A DNA stretch of 64,000 bases from Candidatus Moraniibacteriota bacterium (GTDB lineage: Bacteria > Patescibacteriota > Minisyncoccia > Moranbacterales > UBA1568): positions 308,151-372,150 of the forward strand of contig CAVZUR010000004.1 in the NCBI GenBank assembly GCA_963778555.1, read 5' to 3'. Position 1 is the first letter of the stretch; every line of letters begins with the position of its first letter. Under the pieces are notes generated by a model that was given only the letters and a program-made list of their open reading frames with translations, searched no databases and was not told the DNA's origin. The position numbers were made by a program, and so were the translations under genes. This document shows, one piece after another, positions 49,776 to 60,500 of the stretch.

Positions 49776-50348
49776 ATGGAAACGACCATCGCCCTCGCCA
49801 AGATTCAAGCCTTTTATGAAAAGAAACGGCGCATGCCGACCGTGCGTGAAATCGCGATACTTATCCGCACGCGTTCGATGAAGCAAGTGACCCGTCTCAT
49901 CGACACTCTCGTCGCGACCGATGCTATCGAGCGCGATGCCAAGGGCAGGCTCTTGCCGAGCGCTCTTTTTACGAGCATCCGCAAGCTCGGGCTGGTCGAG
50001 GCTGGTTTCCCCTCACCCGCCGAAGAAGAGCTCCTCGATACCATGACCCTCGATGAGTGGCTCATAAAGCGGCGCGAAGCCACCTACATGCTCGAGATCA
50101 AAGGCGAGTCGATGATCAATGCCGGCATCCGGCCGGGCGACACCGCCTTGGTCGAACGCGGCCGCGAGCCCAAACACGGCGACATCGTCATCGCCCAAGT
50201 CGACGGCAAATGGACGATGAAGTACTACCATATCCAAGCCCGAGGAAAGATCGCTCTTGTCCCCGCCAATCCGAAGTTCCCGACCCTCTATCCGGAAGAA
50301 GAACTCCGCATCGAGGCCATCGTCACGGCTATCATCCGCAAATACTAG
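49776..50348 (+). CDS. LexA-like repressor / S24 family peptidase with an N-terminal HTH (second LexA paralogue), co-operonic with a Y-family polymerase
   Basis: METTIALAKIQAFYEKKRRMPTVREIA... HTH, a VEA^GFP cleavage site, and the catalytic Ser (GESM) and Lys (GDIVIAQVDGK). The ORF starts at 49614; I take METT. Confidence 0.75.
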   Translation: METTIALAKIQAFYEKKRRMPTVREIAILIRTRSMKQVTRLIDTLVATDAIERDAKGRLLPSALFTSIRKLGLVEAGFPSPAEEELLDTMTLDEWLIKRREATYMLEIKGESMINAGIRPGDTALVERGREPKHGDIVIAQVDGKWTMKYYHIQARGKIALVPANPKFPTLYPEEELRIEAIVTAIIRKY

Positions 50349-50353
50349 GACTA

Positions 50354-51765
50354 TGGCTGCCCCCATCGTCCTGGGGAGATTCCCTCGCGCCATCCTCCAC
50401 ATCGATGGCGATGCATTCTTCGCCTCATGCGAGCAGGCCAGGAATCCCGAGCTCCGTGGCAAACCCGTCATCTGCGGCGCCGAGCGCGGCATCGCGGCCT
50501 CCATGAGCTATGAAGCGAAAGCCAAAGGTGTCACCCGCGCGATGCGTTTGTTTGAAATAAAAAAGCTCTGCCCCGACGCCATCATCCTCCCCTCTGATTA
50601 CGAAACCTATTCGCTCCTCTCGAAAAGATTTTATGACATCGTCCGCCGCTACACCTCCGATGTCGAGGAATACGGCATCGATGAATGCTTCGCCGATATC
50701 ACTGGCCTCCAGCGTCCGCACAAGCTTTCCTATACCAAAATCGCCGCCCGGATCCAAACAGAATTGAAGGCCGAGCTCGGCTTCACCTTTTCCATCGGTC
50801 TCGCTTCGACCAAAGTGCTCGCCAAAGTTGGCTCGAAGTGGGCCAAGCCCCACGGCCTCACCGCGATCCCAAACAAGTACATTCACCGCTACCTCGAAAC
50901 GCTCCCCGTGGGTGCTGTCTGGGGTATCGGTCCGCAGACGACCGCCCTCCTTCAGAAATTCGGCATCCACACCGCGCTCGACTTCGTCCGCCGCGACGAT
51001 GCCTGGGTGAAACACTACTTTTCGAAACCGTTCCAAGAGATCTGGCATGAACTCCGCGGCCAAAGTGTCCTGCCCCTCGCGACCGAACCCAGAAGCGATC
51101 ACTCCTCGGTCCAAAAGATGAAGACCTTCACCCCGCCCTCGAATGATCCGCGCTTCGTCTTCGCCCAGCTCGCCAAAAATATCGAGTCCGCCTGCATGCG
51201 CGCGAGACAGTATGGACTGGAAGCGAAACGGGTCTACATCCTCTTGCGCACTCAGTCGTTTGAACATCATTCGACCGAGCTCATGCTCTCGCGCCCGACC
51301 AATTTCGCCCACGAACTCCTGGAGATAGCCCGACCTGCCTTTGATGACCTCTTCCGACCCGGCACGCTCTATCGCGCCACTATGGTCACGCTCGCCGAGC
51401 TGACCCACCCGAATCCGCAGCCTGACCTCTTCGGCGGCTCGCTCGCGGTCGACAACTATCGCCGGCTCTACGAAGGCATCGATCAGGTCCGCGCCAAGTA
51501 TGGCAAGCACACCCTCCACTTCGGCTCCTCATTCATGGCGCATGGCACACGCCCAGCACGACGGCGACCGCGGCGAAGAGCCCGAACGCAAACGCCATCT
51601 CCTCAAGGGCGAGACCAAACGCCGCCATCTCGGCATCCCCATGATTCACCGCCGAACTCTCGTAGTCAAACGAAAACCAGCCTCGGAAGAAGGCTGGTCT
51701 CGCGTGTCGCACGACTACTCTATTTCGTCTTGTTGCCGACCGCTTTGGCACTGCTCTCGACATAA
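50354..51765 (+). CDS. dinB: DNA polymerase IV (Y-family, DinB-like); the C-terminal ~100 aa are probably out-of-frame read-through
   Basis: ILHIDGDAFFASCEQ, ...SIGLASTKVLAKVGSKWAKPHG..., with a start 5 nt after the lexA2 stop. The tail ...ARRRPRRRARTQTPSP is low-complexity. Confidence 0.8.
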
Positions 51766-52668
51766 CTCACACAATCCCCCTGATTCTTGAAGACAGGATT
51801 ATTGAAGGTCTTCCAGCCATCGCTCTTGCATTGGTCCTTGTTCGTCGGCGAAGTCAGGACTGGACCGGAAACAAGCGTCAGATTGTCGATCACGAAACCC
51901 TTTCCTGCGGTCGCTGGAGCGGCCGTCCCGCCGGTACGGAAGAGCACAGAGTCTACCGTCCGTGTCGGATTAACTTCCTGATCGCGGAAGTAATCCTCCC
52001 AGCTCGTACCTGTATGCCTGAGCACGCCATCCACATACACCTTCACGACGTCATTCGCCGGACCATCGACGAAGTCCATGCGTCACTTTTACGGTATGCG
52101 GTACCGTTCGATCCAGTTCGTTCGCCGCGTTCGTAAAGATGAAATCATCGACGCTCGTCTGATAATCATAGAAGTTTACTTCAAGTCCAGTTGGCATATC
52201 AGCCATCTGGATCCAGCTCATGCGCGCGCCATCGCCCCGGTCAGGGCTCGCAACGACCGAAAGACCCGGCTGTTCAGCTCCGGGGACAGTCGATGCGAAA
52301 TCCCACTGGGCTTCAAAATGCGTTTTGCGCGTCCCGCCAGACATTCCGTCTCCCATGGCCGAAGTCTCACCGGCCTCATCCGCGAGCGACTTCGAAAACG
52401 TCTGATCGCCGAAACAGCCGCTCGTCACCGCGTTCGACATCCGAAGTGCCTGCGCACCAAAGGTCGGAAACCCATAAGTATTCGCTACAACCGCATGATC
52501 ATACAACGCACAACCTGAGCCGATTGAACCAGAGACTACTCCATCCGTCCTGATTGTGAACTGAGCTGACGACATAGGTCGGCGATTCGAAGTTGATCGC
52601 CGAACTGTCGGCTTTGGCACCGATTGCAAATAATAGAAAAGCGGCCAGACCGATAAATGTCAATTTTT
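51720..52668 (-). pseudogene. secreted hypothetical protein, frameshifted into 3 frames (signal peptide / 192-aa / 119-aa ORFs)
   Basis: The signal peptide MKKLTFIGLAAFLLFAIGAKADSSAINFESPTYVVSS is in one frame. It continues in ORF 52051-52629 and then in ORF 51720-52079. Confidence 0.55.
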
Positions 52669-52963
52669 TCATACGCTATTGCTTTAGGAAATATCAGTTC
52701 TTCTGGTCCGACCATTCATACGCGCCACCGGGCATGAAACCAGTTTGCTACCCCTATTTTAGCACCCCCCCTTCACGGACGCTGTCAAGGATTGAGGGTA
52801 TTTTGTCATGTCCCTTTCCTCAGCCAATTCCCTCCCCGGACGTGCAGGCGCTCAAAGTGAGAAGACTCAGACCACCATCAACAAAACCGCCCAGGACACG
52901 GACCGGCGGCTTTCAGTTTGAAAAAAAATTCACAGTATTCCAAAGAGTCTCTATACTACACTG

Positions 52964-53987
52964 ATGAAAATAGTCTTTGGACTCATGCTGCTCACCCTCC
53001 TGTTCGCTCTCCCTTTTGTTTTTCCCCAAACCAAAAAAGAGCCTGAGGCGCTGCCAGAACCGCCAGCGAGTGAAGAGAAAAAGATACGGACCCGATCGCC
53101 GAAAAAAAGACGCCCGGTCTCACGCTTTCTCCTCCCTCAGTCATCCAAGGAGAACCCGTGCTCATCACCGTGGATGAAGTGGCCGACCTGGCTGACATAG
53201 ACGCTCTCACGCTCGACGACCAGTCGATCCCCATTTTTGAATATCAGGGAAAACCGGCTGCTTTTCTCGGTATCGATCTGCACAAAAAGCCCGGTCCGTA
53301 CCGAGTGGCGCTCTCTCTCAAAGACGGACGGGAAACGGCGGCGACCCTCGAGGTGAAAGAGCGAATTCTCCCCGTATCGGATTTCGACATCCCTGAGAGC
53401 TTCGGCGGCAACACTCCGGCCGGCGAACAAGAGCTCACGAGCAATCTGGAAACTGATACCAAGACTTTGAACGCCGTGACGGCAATCGTAAGCCCGAAAA
53501 AACTCTGGGAAGGCGCATTCCGCCATCCCCTCAACGGACCGATCTTCGTCACCGATGTGTACGGCTATAGTCGCCAAACCGGCGCTACAAACATCAGCCA
53601 TAACGGCACGGACTTCCGGGCCGCTGTCGGGACGCCCGTGTACGCCATGAACGCGGGCCGAGTGGCTTTGCTGGAGCTTTCCGAAACTACGGGAACACCG
53701 TCATAATCGATCACGGCTTGGGAGTGATGACCATGTACATGCACCTTTCCCAGATCAATGTTGAACTCGGTAAGCCCGTGGAGAAAGGTGACCTGATCGC
53801 CTTGAGCGGCAATACCGGCTACTCGCTCGGTCCCCATCTCCACCTCTCCGTCCGTATTTATGGTTACTCCATAGACCCCATCAAATTTCTTGAACTGATG
53901 GGCCTCCGAATAAGCCCCCGAGAAGCAAACAAATGCGCCCTCTGCAATACGCATGGCGGCTTTCAATTTTCATTATCCACGTTTTAG
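52964..53987 (+). pseudogene. M23 family (LytM) peptidase with a signal peptide, frameshifted twice
   Basis: MKIVFGLMLLTLLFALPFVF signal. Then ...HNGTDFRAAVGTPVYAMNAGRV in ORF 53158-53706. Then ...IDHGLGVMTMYMHLSQI...GNTGYSLGPHLHLSV in ORF 53718-53987. Confidence 0.7.
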
Positions 53988-54075
53988 CATATTCCTACGG
54001 CCGTAGGAATAATAGAGTTTCGAAATATGATGGTGAAGCAATGGGAGTCCCGAGGCAGCTTTCAATTTTTCTTTT
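53980..54075. repeat. copy B of the palindromic dispersed element (ATTCCTACGG|CCGTAGGAAT perfect 20-bp palindrome at 53990-54009)
   Basis: It sits in the convergent intergenic region between the M23 and DUF924 genes, and is followed by a gcaGCTTTCAATTTTTC motif. Confidence 0.6.
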
Positions 54076-54098
54076 TCCTCTCTGGGTCAAATGGGGGA

Positions 54099-54632
54099 TC
54101 AAAAGCCTTTATGTGTCTGGAGAAATACCACTTCTTCCGACGTAGAGGTGCGGCCGAGGATGGCATTGCGATGAGGGTAGCGCCCAAATCGATCAATGAT
54201 GTCTTTGTGGGCCTGTTCATATTCCGTGTCACCAAGCTTCTCGAACAGCCTCATCGCTTTTTCATGAACGACCCGTAACTCACTATGCATATAGGGCATA
54301 TAGAGAAATTGTCGTTTCCTTTTTTCAAGTTTTAAGTCATCACCACTGCGCACTGCCTCCTCGGCGAGAGAGAGCGCTATCGGATCCGAGAGGAAGGCTT
54401 CGGGTGTCCCACGAAACATATTCCGCGAGAACTGATCGAGGACGATGATTTCCGCGAGTCTCCCTTCGGGCGTAGTCCGCCAGGCTGCTGATTCGCCTGC
54501 CACTACCTGTCGATGGGTTTCGAGGAAGCGCGAACGAATGAGCTCGTCAAAAATAGAATCGTTACCGAACCATTGCTTTGGTGAGCATTCCCCGAACCAG
54601 AAATGGATGATGTCCTCCCAAGTCGTATTCAT
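54099..54632 (-). CDS. DUF924 family protein
   Basis: MNTTWEDIIHFWFGECSPKQWFGNDSIFDELIRSRF...LDQFSRNMFRG... is a typical DUF924 pattern; 177 aa. Confidence 0.65.
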   Translation of the reverse strand: MNTTWEDIIHFWFGECSPKQWFGNDSIFDELIRSRFLETHRQVVAGESAAWRTTPEGRLAEIIVLDQFSRNMFRGTPEAFLSDPIALSLAEEAVRSGDDLKLEKRKRQFLYMPYMHSELRVVHEKAMRLFEKLGDTEYEQAHKDIIDRFGRYPHRNAILGRTSTSEEVVFLQTHKGF

Positions 54633-54740
54633 AGCCTCAGTATATCAGCCCATCCTCCCATTGTGAGTCAAATAGACATCCCTTTAAGCATTCTCCTCTT
54701 ATTCGCCAATTCGCTCGAATTAGAGAATAAACATATAACT

Positions 54741-54790
54741 AAAACAAAAAAACCGCCCAGAATCACTCCGAGACGGCTTTCAATTTTTCC
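54741..54790 (-). repeat. terminator-like dispersed repeat (core ACTCCGAGACGGCTTTCAATTTTTCC preceded by an A-run; on the minus strand a hairpin plus T7)
   Basis: About 90% identical to 55832-55880. Related motifs are at 49710, 52907, 53957, 54055 and 55485. Confidence 0.55.
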
Positions 54791-54913
54791 ATTCCGCAGT
54801 CTGGAACCATTAGTACTGAACCGGATGTCTACTTCTCATACATCCAAAATAGACAAAGAAAGGTAAGGAGGAAATTGGCCGAAGCCAATACCCTACCTTT
54901 GAGAGCGTTAGAT

Positions 54914-55268
54914 TCACCAGTAGCGCTCGATATGGCCGCCGTCGCACCATGTCATAAAGGCTGAAATGACCTCGGTACGGAAGGAAAACGAATACTTACC
55001 CGAACGACCCAGCGTCCACGTAGGATGCATGTAGGAAGAAAGCGTGGAGAATACTAGCCCAGTCGCCGCAAGCTGGAAGAAACGGATACAGGCGATATAG
55101 AAGCTTAGGCGCTTCTGATTCGTAACGCCCGGCGTACTCGGGCATTTTTCGTTCTTCCTCGCAACCGAGAAAACAGAATGAGAGCGTGACACGATAAAGA
55201 ATCGCAAAAACCTCCATCGCATAGTAGCGCCCAGACAAGGTAGCCGGATAGTTTTGCCGAAACACCAT
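54914..55268 (-). pseudogene. hypothetical small protein, frameshifted (two overlapping minus-strand ORFs)
   Basis: MVFRQNYPATLSGRYYAMEVFAILYRVTLSFCFLGCEEER... continues in the other frame as ...FSTLSSYMHPTWTLGRSGKYSFSFRTEVISAFMTWCDGGHIERYW. Confidence 0.35.
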
Positions 55269-55831
55269 GACAATACGACATCATCCCCCGCTTGGCCGGA
55301 ACGCTGTGCCTTGAAGATTGTGCACTCGCGGAGGCCGATTGATCTGTGCTGTCGAATCTAGGCTGGCAAACACCATGGGGGACAACTACGGCAAATACTT
55401 GTCTAGTGATAGTCCGTTTTCTTCCAATGGTTCACGGGAATATAGGAGCGGCCTCCCAACCATCGGAGCATTCACTCCGAGGCGGTTTTCAGTTTTTCCT
55501 TTTCCTCTGAGTCAAATAAAAAACAACCTTAAGGCTGAGATTTACGGCTAAAAATTAAAGGGCTCCACGCACATCTGTGCAGCAAGCGCCCCTGCCGATC
55601 GCTCTCTTTTCGTCACGTAGTACGTCGGGTGTGAAGGACTTTTCCCTTAGGCTCATTTCATCTCGACAGTCAGGAGGTTTGCTGCTCCAGATCAATAGGG
55701 ATGATAGATGAGTACCGAGCGGTCGGGGCGACGAGTTGGATTCCCACAATGGGGTTTGCCTGAGTTCTTCTCTGAAGAGAAACCACTTTCAAAGTATCAG
55801 TGGCCCCATACTCGCAAATTCTTCCAGACGT

Positions 55832-55880
55832 CAAACAAAAAACCACCAAGGATTACTCCGAGACGGTTTTCAATTTTTCC
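55832..55880 (-). repeat. terminator-like dispersed repeat (second near-identical copy), downstream of the 55937-56287 gene
   Basis: caaacaaaaaaccaccaaggattACTCCGAGACGGTTTTCAATTTTTCC. Confidence 0.55.
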
Positions 55881-55936
55881 AACAATGAAAAGAGGAACGC
55901 GGGGCGTTCCTCGAAGGCCGATGCTGGGCCCAGTGG

Positions 55937-56287
55937 TCACTTGAGCGGACGGACATCAAAGAGGTCCGGGTAGCGCGGATCGCTCGGGCCGATGCCCTGA
56001 GCTATAGCCGCTTCGCGCCGGCGGACGAGCTCGAACTGGTCCTCTTGGAGATCGAAGCGGTGGTCGAGCGCGCGCAGCTGCCGCCGATGCCAGGCCGCGA
56101 GCGCCTCGCGGGTGCGCTGCCGCCAGTCGGAGTAAGCGTACGCCGCCGTCGCACCGAAGATGTACATCTTGTTGCAGTCCTCGGGACCGAGCCGATAGAG
56201 CAGATATCTGAAGAGCATGACGCTATCTCCCACGTTGGGGGTTGGGGGCTTTGGCGGACTGCCAAAGAGCTGGTCCGAGTATCCCAA
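55937..56287 (-). CDS. hypothetical protein (possibly starting at MLFRY, 56219)
   Basis: A 116-aa ORF with GC3 bias. A terminator hairpin lies just upstream and a repeat-terminator downstream. Confidence 0.4.
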   Translation of the reverse strand: MGYSDQLFGSPPKPPTPNVGDSVMLFRYLLYRLGPEDCNKMYIFGATAAYAYSDWRQRTREALAAWHRRQLRALDHRFDLQEDQFELVRRREAAIAQGIGPSDPRYPDLFDVRPLK

Positions 56288-56303
56288 ATCCCCTCCCCGC
56301 CGT

Positions 56304-56336
56304 CAAACAAAAAACCAGTCTTGCGACTGGTTTCGT
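56304..56336 (-). terminator. strong rho-independent terminator on the minus strand (hairpin CCAGTCgcaaGACTGG plus T6GTTT)
   Basis: Minus-strand read: aaaCCAGTCgcaaGACTGGttttttgtttgacg. It is placed after the structured RNA / 16S trailer and before the next gene. Confidence 0.65.
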
Positions 56337-56460
56337 GCCTTACACGGTATCAGAAGGAAATTCCTTGATCCTTGGATATTCGTGCGGAGAGCGCTGAACA
56401 TATAAAGTGGAACCTCTTCACGGAGTTGCTCATCGAAGAGCTGTCCTACCGACAACGATC

Positions 56461-56676
56461 AATACTCTTGAGAGAGGAGAAGTCTGGGCGTACCATGACT
56501 TCTCCCGGAATAGGGTAGCTGCGAGGAGGGATCGCAGCCAGAGCCTCCGACTTTCGCCAGAAAGGTAGCAGGGGGGTAAGCTGGGGCGGTAACTCCAGCG
56601 ACCGATCCGAGCGACCATCCTATGCGGCAATGTCGGCAAACAGTAACGAGAGAGTTATCTCTCAAGAATATTGATG
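56461..56676. ncRNA. candidate structured non-coding RNA (~215 nt) closed by a 15-bp terminal helix; identity and strand unresolved (an RNase P-like GAGGAGAAGTCTGGGCG...ATAGGGTAG motif and an SRP-like GAAAGGTAGCAGG motif are present but incomplete)
   Basis: The 5' AATACTCTTGAGAGA pairs with the 3' TCTCTCAAGAATATT (14/15). Internal hairpins are GGAGAAGTC...GACTTCTCC (9 bp), GCTGCGA...TCGCAGC (7 bp), GCTGG...CCAGC and GAGAGAgttatCTCTC. There is no coding potential. Confidence 0.4.
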
Positions 56677-56886
56677 CGAAGAACTCCCCCGTCAGAGGGA
56701 AGAGATCGCGCGAATCGCGAGTCTTTTGCGGTTAGTCCTAATTCTTCTACTACTTGTAATATGCCTTGAGAAAAGCATATCGACCAGATATCTGGTTGAG
56801 AACTTGATGTTGACCATCAACTCTCCCCGCTTCAGAGATGCTCCCGATGTGAGAGGTCTCCTGGCAGGTACACCGATTACTCCCTA

Positions 56887-58436
<1,550 letters not shown>

Positions 58437-58716
58437 CAATTTATAAGTGTATCGAGAATGGCTTGCGCCACTTTCGCATGAGAACACTTCGCTCATGTGA
58501 TTTCACTCTGTTGTGATCATGCTTCGGCTCGAGAGCCTTAGTCATGATCGGAATAGAAGAGTTGTCAGCATTGCTGCTGATTTCCATTCTGTCGACCCGC
58601 ACGGGAAGACAGAACAGTTTAGGACTAACCACAGAAAACTGTGATTAGCTGACTCATGTAACCTAGTTTTTAAAGAAAACAAAAGAGGAACATTTCCTCT
58701 CAATTGCCTAACCAGT

Positions 58717-58745
58717 ATACGCACCTGTTTTCGGCTTGTCAACCC
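58717..58745 (-). promoter_or_regulatory. candidate rRNA promoter TTGACA-17-TATACT with an A/T-rich UP-like region upstream (minus strand)
   Basis: Minus strand: ggggTTGACAagccgaaaacaggtgcgTATACTggtt, about 280 nt upstream of the mature 16S 5' end. Confidence 0.45.
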
Positions 58746-58917
58746 CGACACCAATTGAGGATGAGGGATCAAAAACTTCCCATTTTCTGGCTTATACACG
58801 CCCTAGTTATTACTTCATTTTTTCTTGGGTTTTTTCAGAAGCAATCCTCGATTGGTGTTAGGGTCATGCGAGTGTTTTCTCGTTCCACCGGGCAGAGAAA
58901 ACACTCCCTTTTACTCT

Positions 58918-58950
58918 TGACAGTATCATCTTTATATGATATATTCTCTT
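58918..58950 (+). promoter_or_regulatory. candidate promoter TTGACA-17-TATATT for the 59005 gene (divergent from the rRNA promoter)
   Basis: cTTGACAgtatcatctttatatgaTATATTc. Confidence 0.4.
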
Positions 58951-59004
58951 CATCCTGAATCCTTCAGGAGAGTCTCTATTTGTCCCTTCCCACTAGGAGG
59001 TTTA

Positions 59005-59372
59005 TGCACACTTTGTTCATTCCGCTCCGCAGCGGCTGGAGGTTGTTCGTGCGGGCTGCCATGCTCGCATCGATCGGCGCGCCAACCACACCTGCTGGAG
59101 CCGAAGGTTTCACTCCTTTGGCGATCCCCCGGAAACTGCTGCCGGAAGAGGAGGAGGCCGTGACGTTCGTCCGTCTCTTGTCGGCCGTCGACCATCTCGA
59201 TCGCGGCGTGACGCACAGCGCGGTGTACCACGATAGCTACCTGGCACGATTGCAGGCTGCCACCGCCGAAGAACGTCTCGACGCGCTCAAACACTACGGC
59301 CGCTCGGTCGCCGACTACAACCTCTGGGTTGGCCTGTACGGTGAAACCGCCGCGCCGATGGTCACCCATTGA
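59005..59372 (+). CDS. hypothetical protein
   Basis: An SD TAGGAGG 5 nt upstream of the ATG (MHTLFIPLRSGW...); 122 aa with GC3 bias. Confidence 0.45.
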
Positions 59373-59622
59373 CACGGGCATTGCCCCTCCACACACGCAC
59401 CCTCCACATTGGATGGGTGCGCTTTTTTTTATCCTTAAGTTAATGAAAACTATTCAAAGGTTCGACAAGCGTGGTGAGGGACTGATGAAAGTAGTTTCCA
59501 ATGGTAACATGGCCTGATGGACAAGTGCTGAACACGGATGCTACAGTGTAGCGTTGCCAGCCTATACGTCGTTGGCAGCCCCGCTATAGGAAGTAGCAGC
59601 GTACCTTTCCAGGAGGTTTTCC

Positions 59623-59904
59623 ATGCCTGATTTCGAAGTGAAGCCAAAGCCGGGTGATTTCATGTGGTATGAAGAGTCCCAGAAATGCGACGCCCCACGA
59701 CACATGGTCCACATAATCCAATTTGCCGGTGTTACCGAAACACCCGCAGGAACAAAGGCGGATGCATATACCGCTCGCTGCGGTGAAGAAGGAGAGGGTT
59801 ACGGATATGGCGCCTTAACTACCTGGTCACAAACACTCCCCAGTGGACATCCCCTGTGTCCGAAGTGTTTTCCGCCGCCGTCAGACTCGACAGGCCAATC
59901 GTGA
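59623..59904 (+). CDS. hypothetical small protein with a possible Cys4 zinc ribbon
   Basis: An RBS cAGGAGGttttccATG. The Cys residues CDAPRH...C, ARCGEEG and CPKC. Confidence 0.45.
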   Translation: MPDFEVKPKPGDFMWYEESQKCDAPRHMVHIIQFAGVTETPAGTKADAYTARCGEEGEGYGYGALTTWSQTLPSGHPLCPKCFPPPSDSTGQS

Positions 59905-60076
59905 CGCTCACGGAACATTACCTCTTCACGCGCATCATTCCTACGGAAACGGTGCGCGTTGCTTTTTTCTGAAAACTGTTGACACCGGTAAAACAAAGCG
60001 GTATGTTGAGCCATCGTTCGTTTCCAATTTTCAACCCGTTCATCTCTCCCTACCCATTCCACTCGAGGAGAACGCG

Positions 60077-60331
60077 ATGACTTCCCCTGACCCGCAGTTT
60101 CGCGCTCGGCTTGAGCGTATTACCTTCGAAAGCGAGTTGCGCATGGCCATCCACGGCTTGCGCGGCGGCGATATCAAACGTTTTGCTCTCTTTCTCTCGG
60201 CCGAAGCCGACAGCTTCGCACTCCAGGTCAAATGCGTCAAGCACGAACTGGCCGTAACGCCCGAAGAGATTGAAGCCTGGGCCACTGCCTTCCGGAATCG
60301 GTCAGAAATCATCCGTGCATCCGCTACGTAA
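60077..60331 (+). CDS. hypothetical small protein (84 aa)
   Basis: A promoter TTGACAccggtaaaacaaagcggTATGTT. An RBS GAGGAGaacgcgATG. The protein begins MTSPDPQFRARLERITFESELRMAIHGL... Confidence 0.45.
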   Translation: MTSPDPQFRARLERITFESELRMAIHGLRGGDIKRFALFLSAEADSFALQVKCVKHELAVTPEEIEAWATAFRNRSEIIRASAT

Positions 60332-60500
60332 TCAATCAGCCCCTGATTGCTCACGAGAAACTGAACATTGATTCAGAAATGATGTGTGGCCTTTTCTCTT
60401 GTTTGACGGGTACCTGAAAAGACCGTACGTTACCCAATGATCCTTACCAGTTTCGGGCTGTGTCCGCCCCTCGGACATTTCTCACCCACTCGGAGGGCCT

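Noticed and set aside
52880-56340. Possible CRISPR array, because repeats start with GTTTTAG-like sequences
   Set aside because: There is no regular repeat-spacer periodicity. The copies are unevenly spaced over kilobases, differ in length, and no cas genes are nearby.
56461-56676. Firm call of RNase P RNA (rnpB) or SRP RNA
   Set aside because: Only partial matches are present: a CR-I-like GAGGAGAAGTCTGGGCG and ATAGGGTAG, and a GAAAGGTAGCAGG string. The required P4 3' partner (CCCAGNCTT) is absent on the same strand. The element is too short (~215 nt) for type A RNase P and too long and branched for 4.5S RNA. I kept it only as an unassigned structured-RNA candidate.
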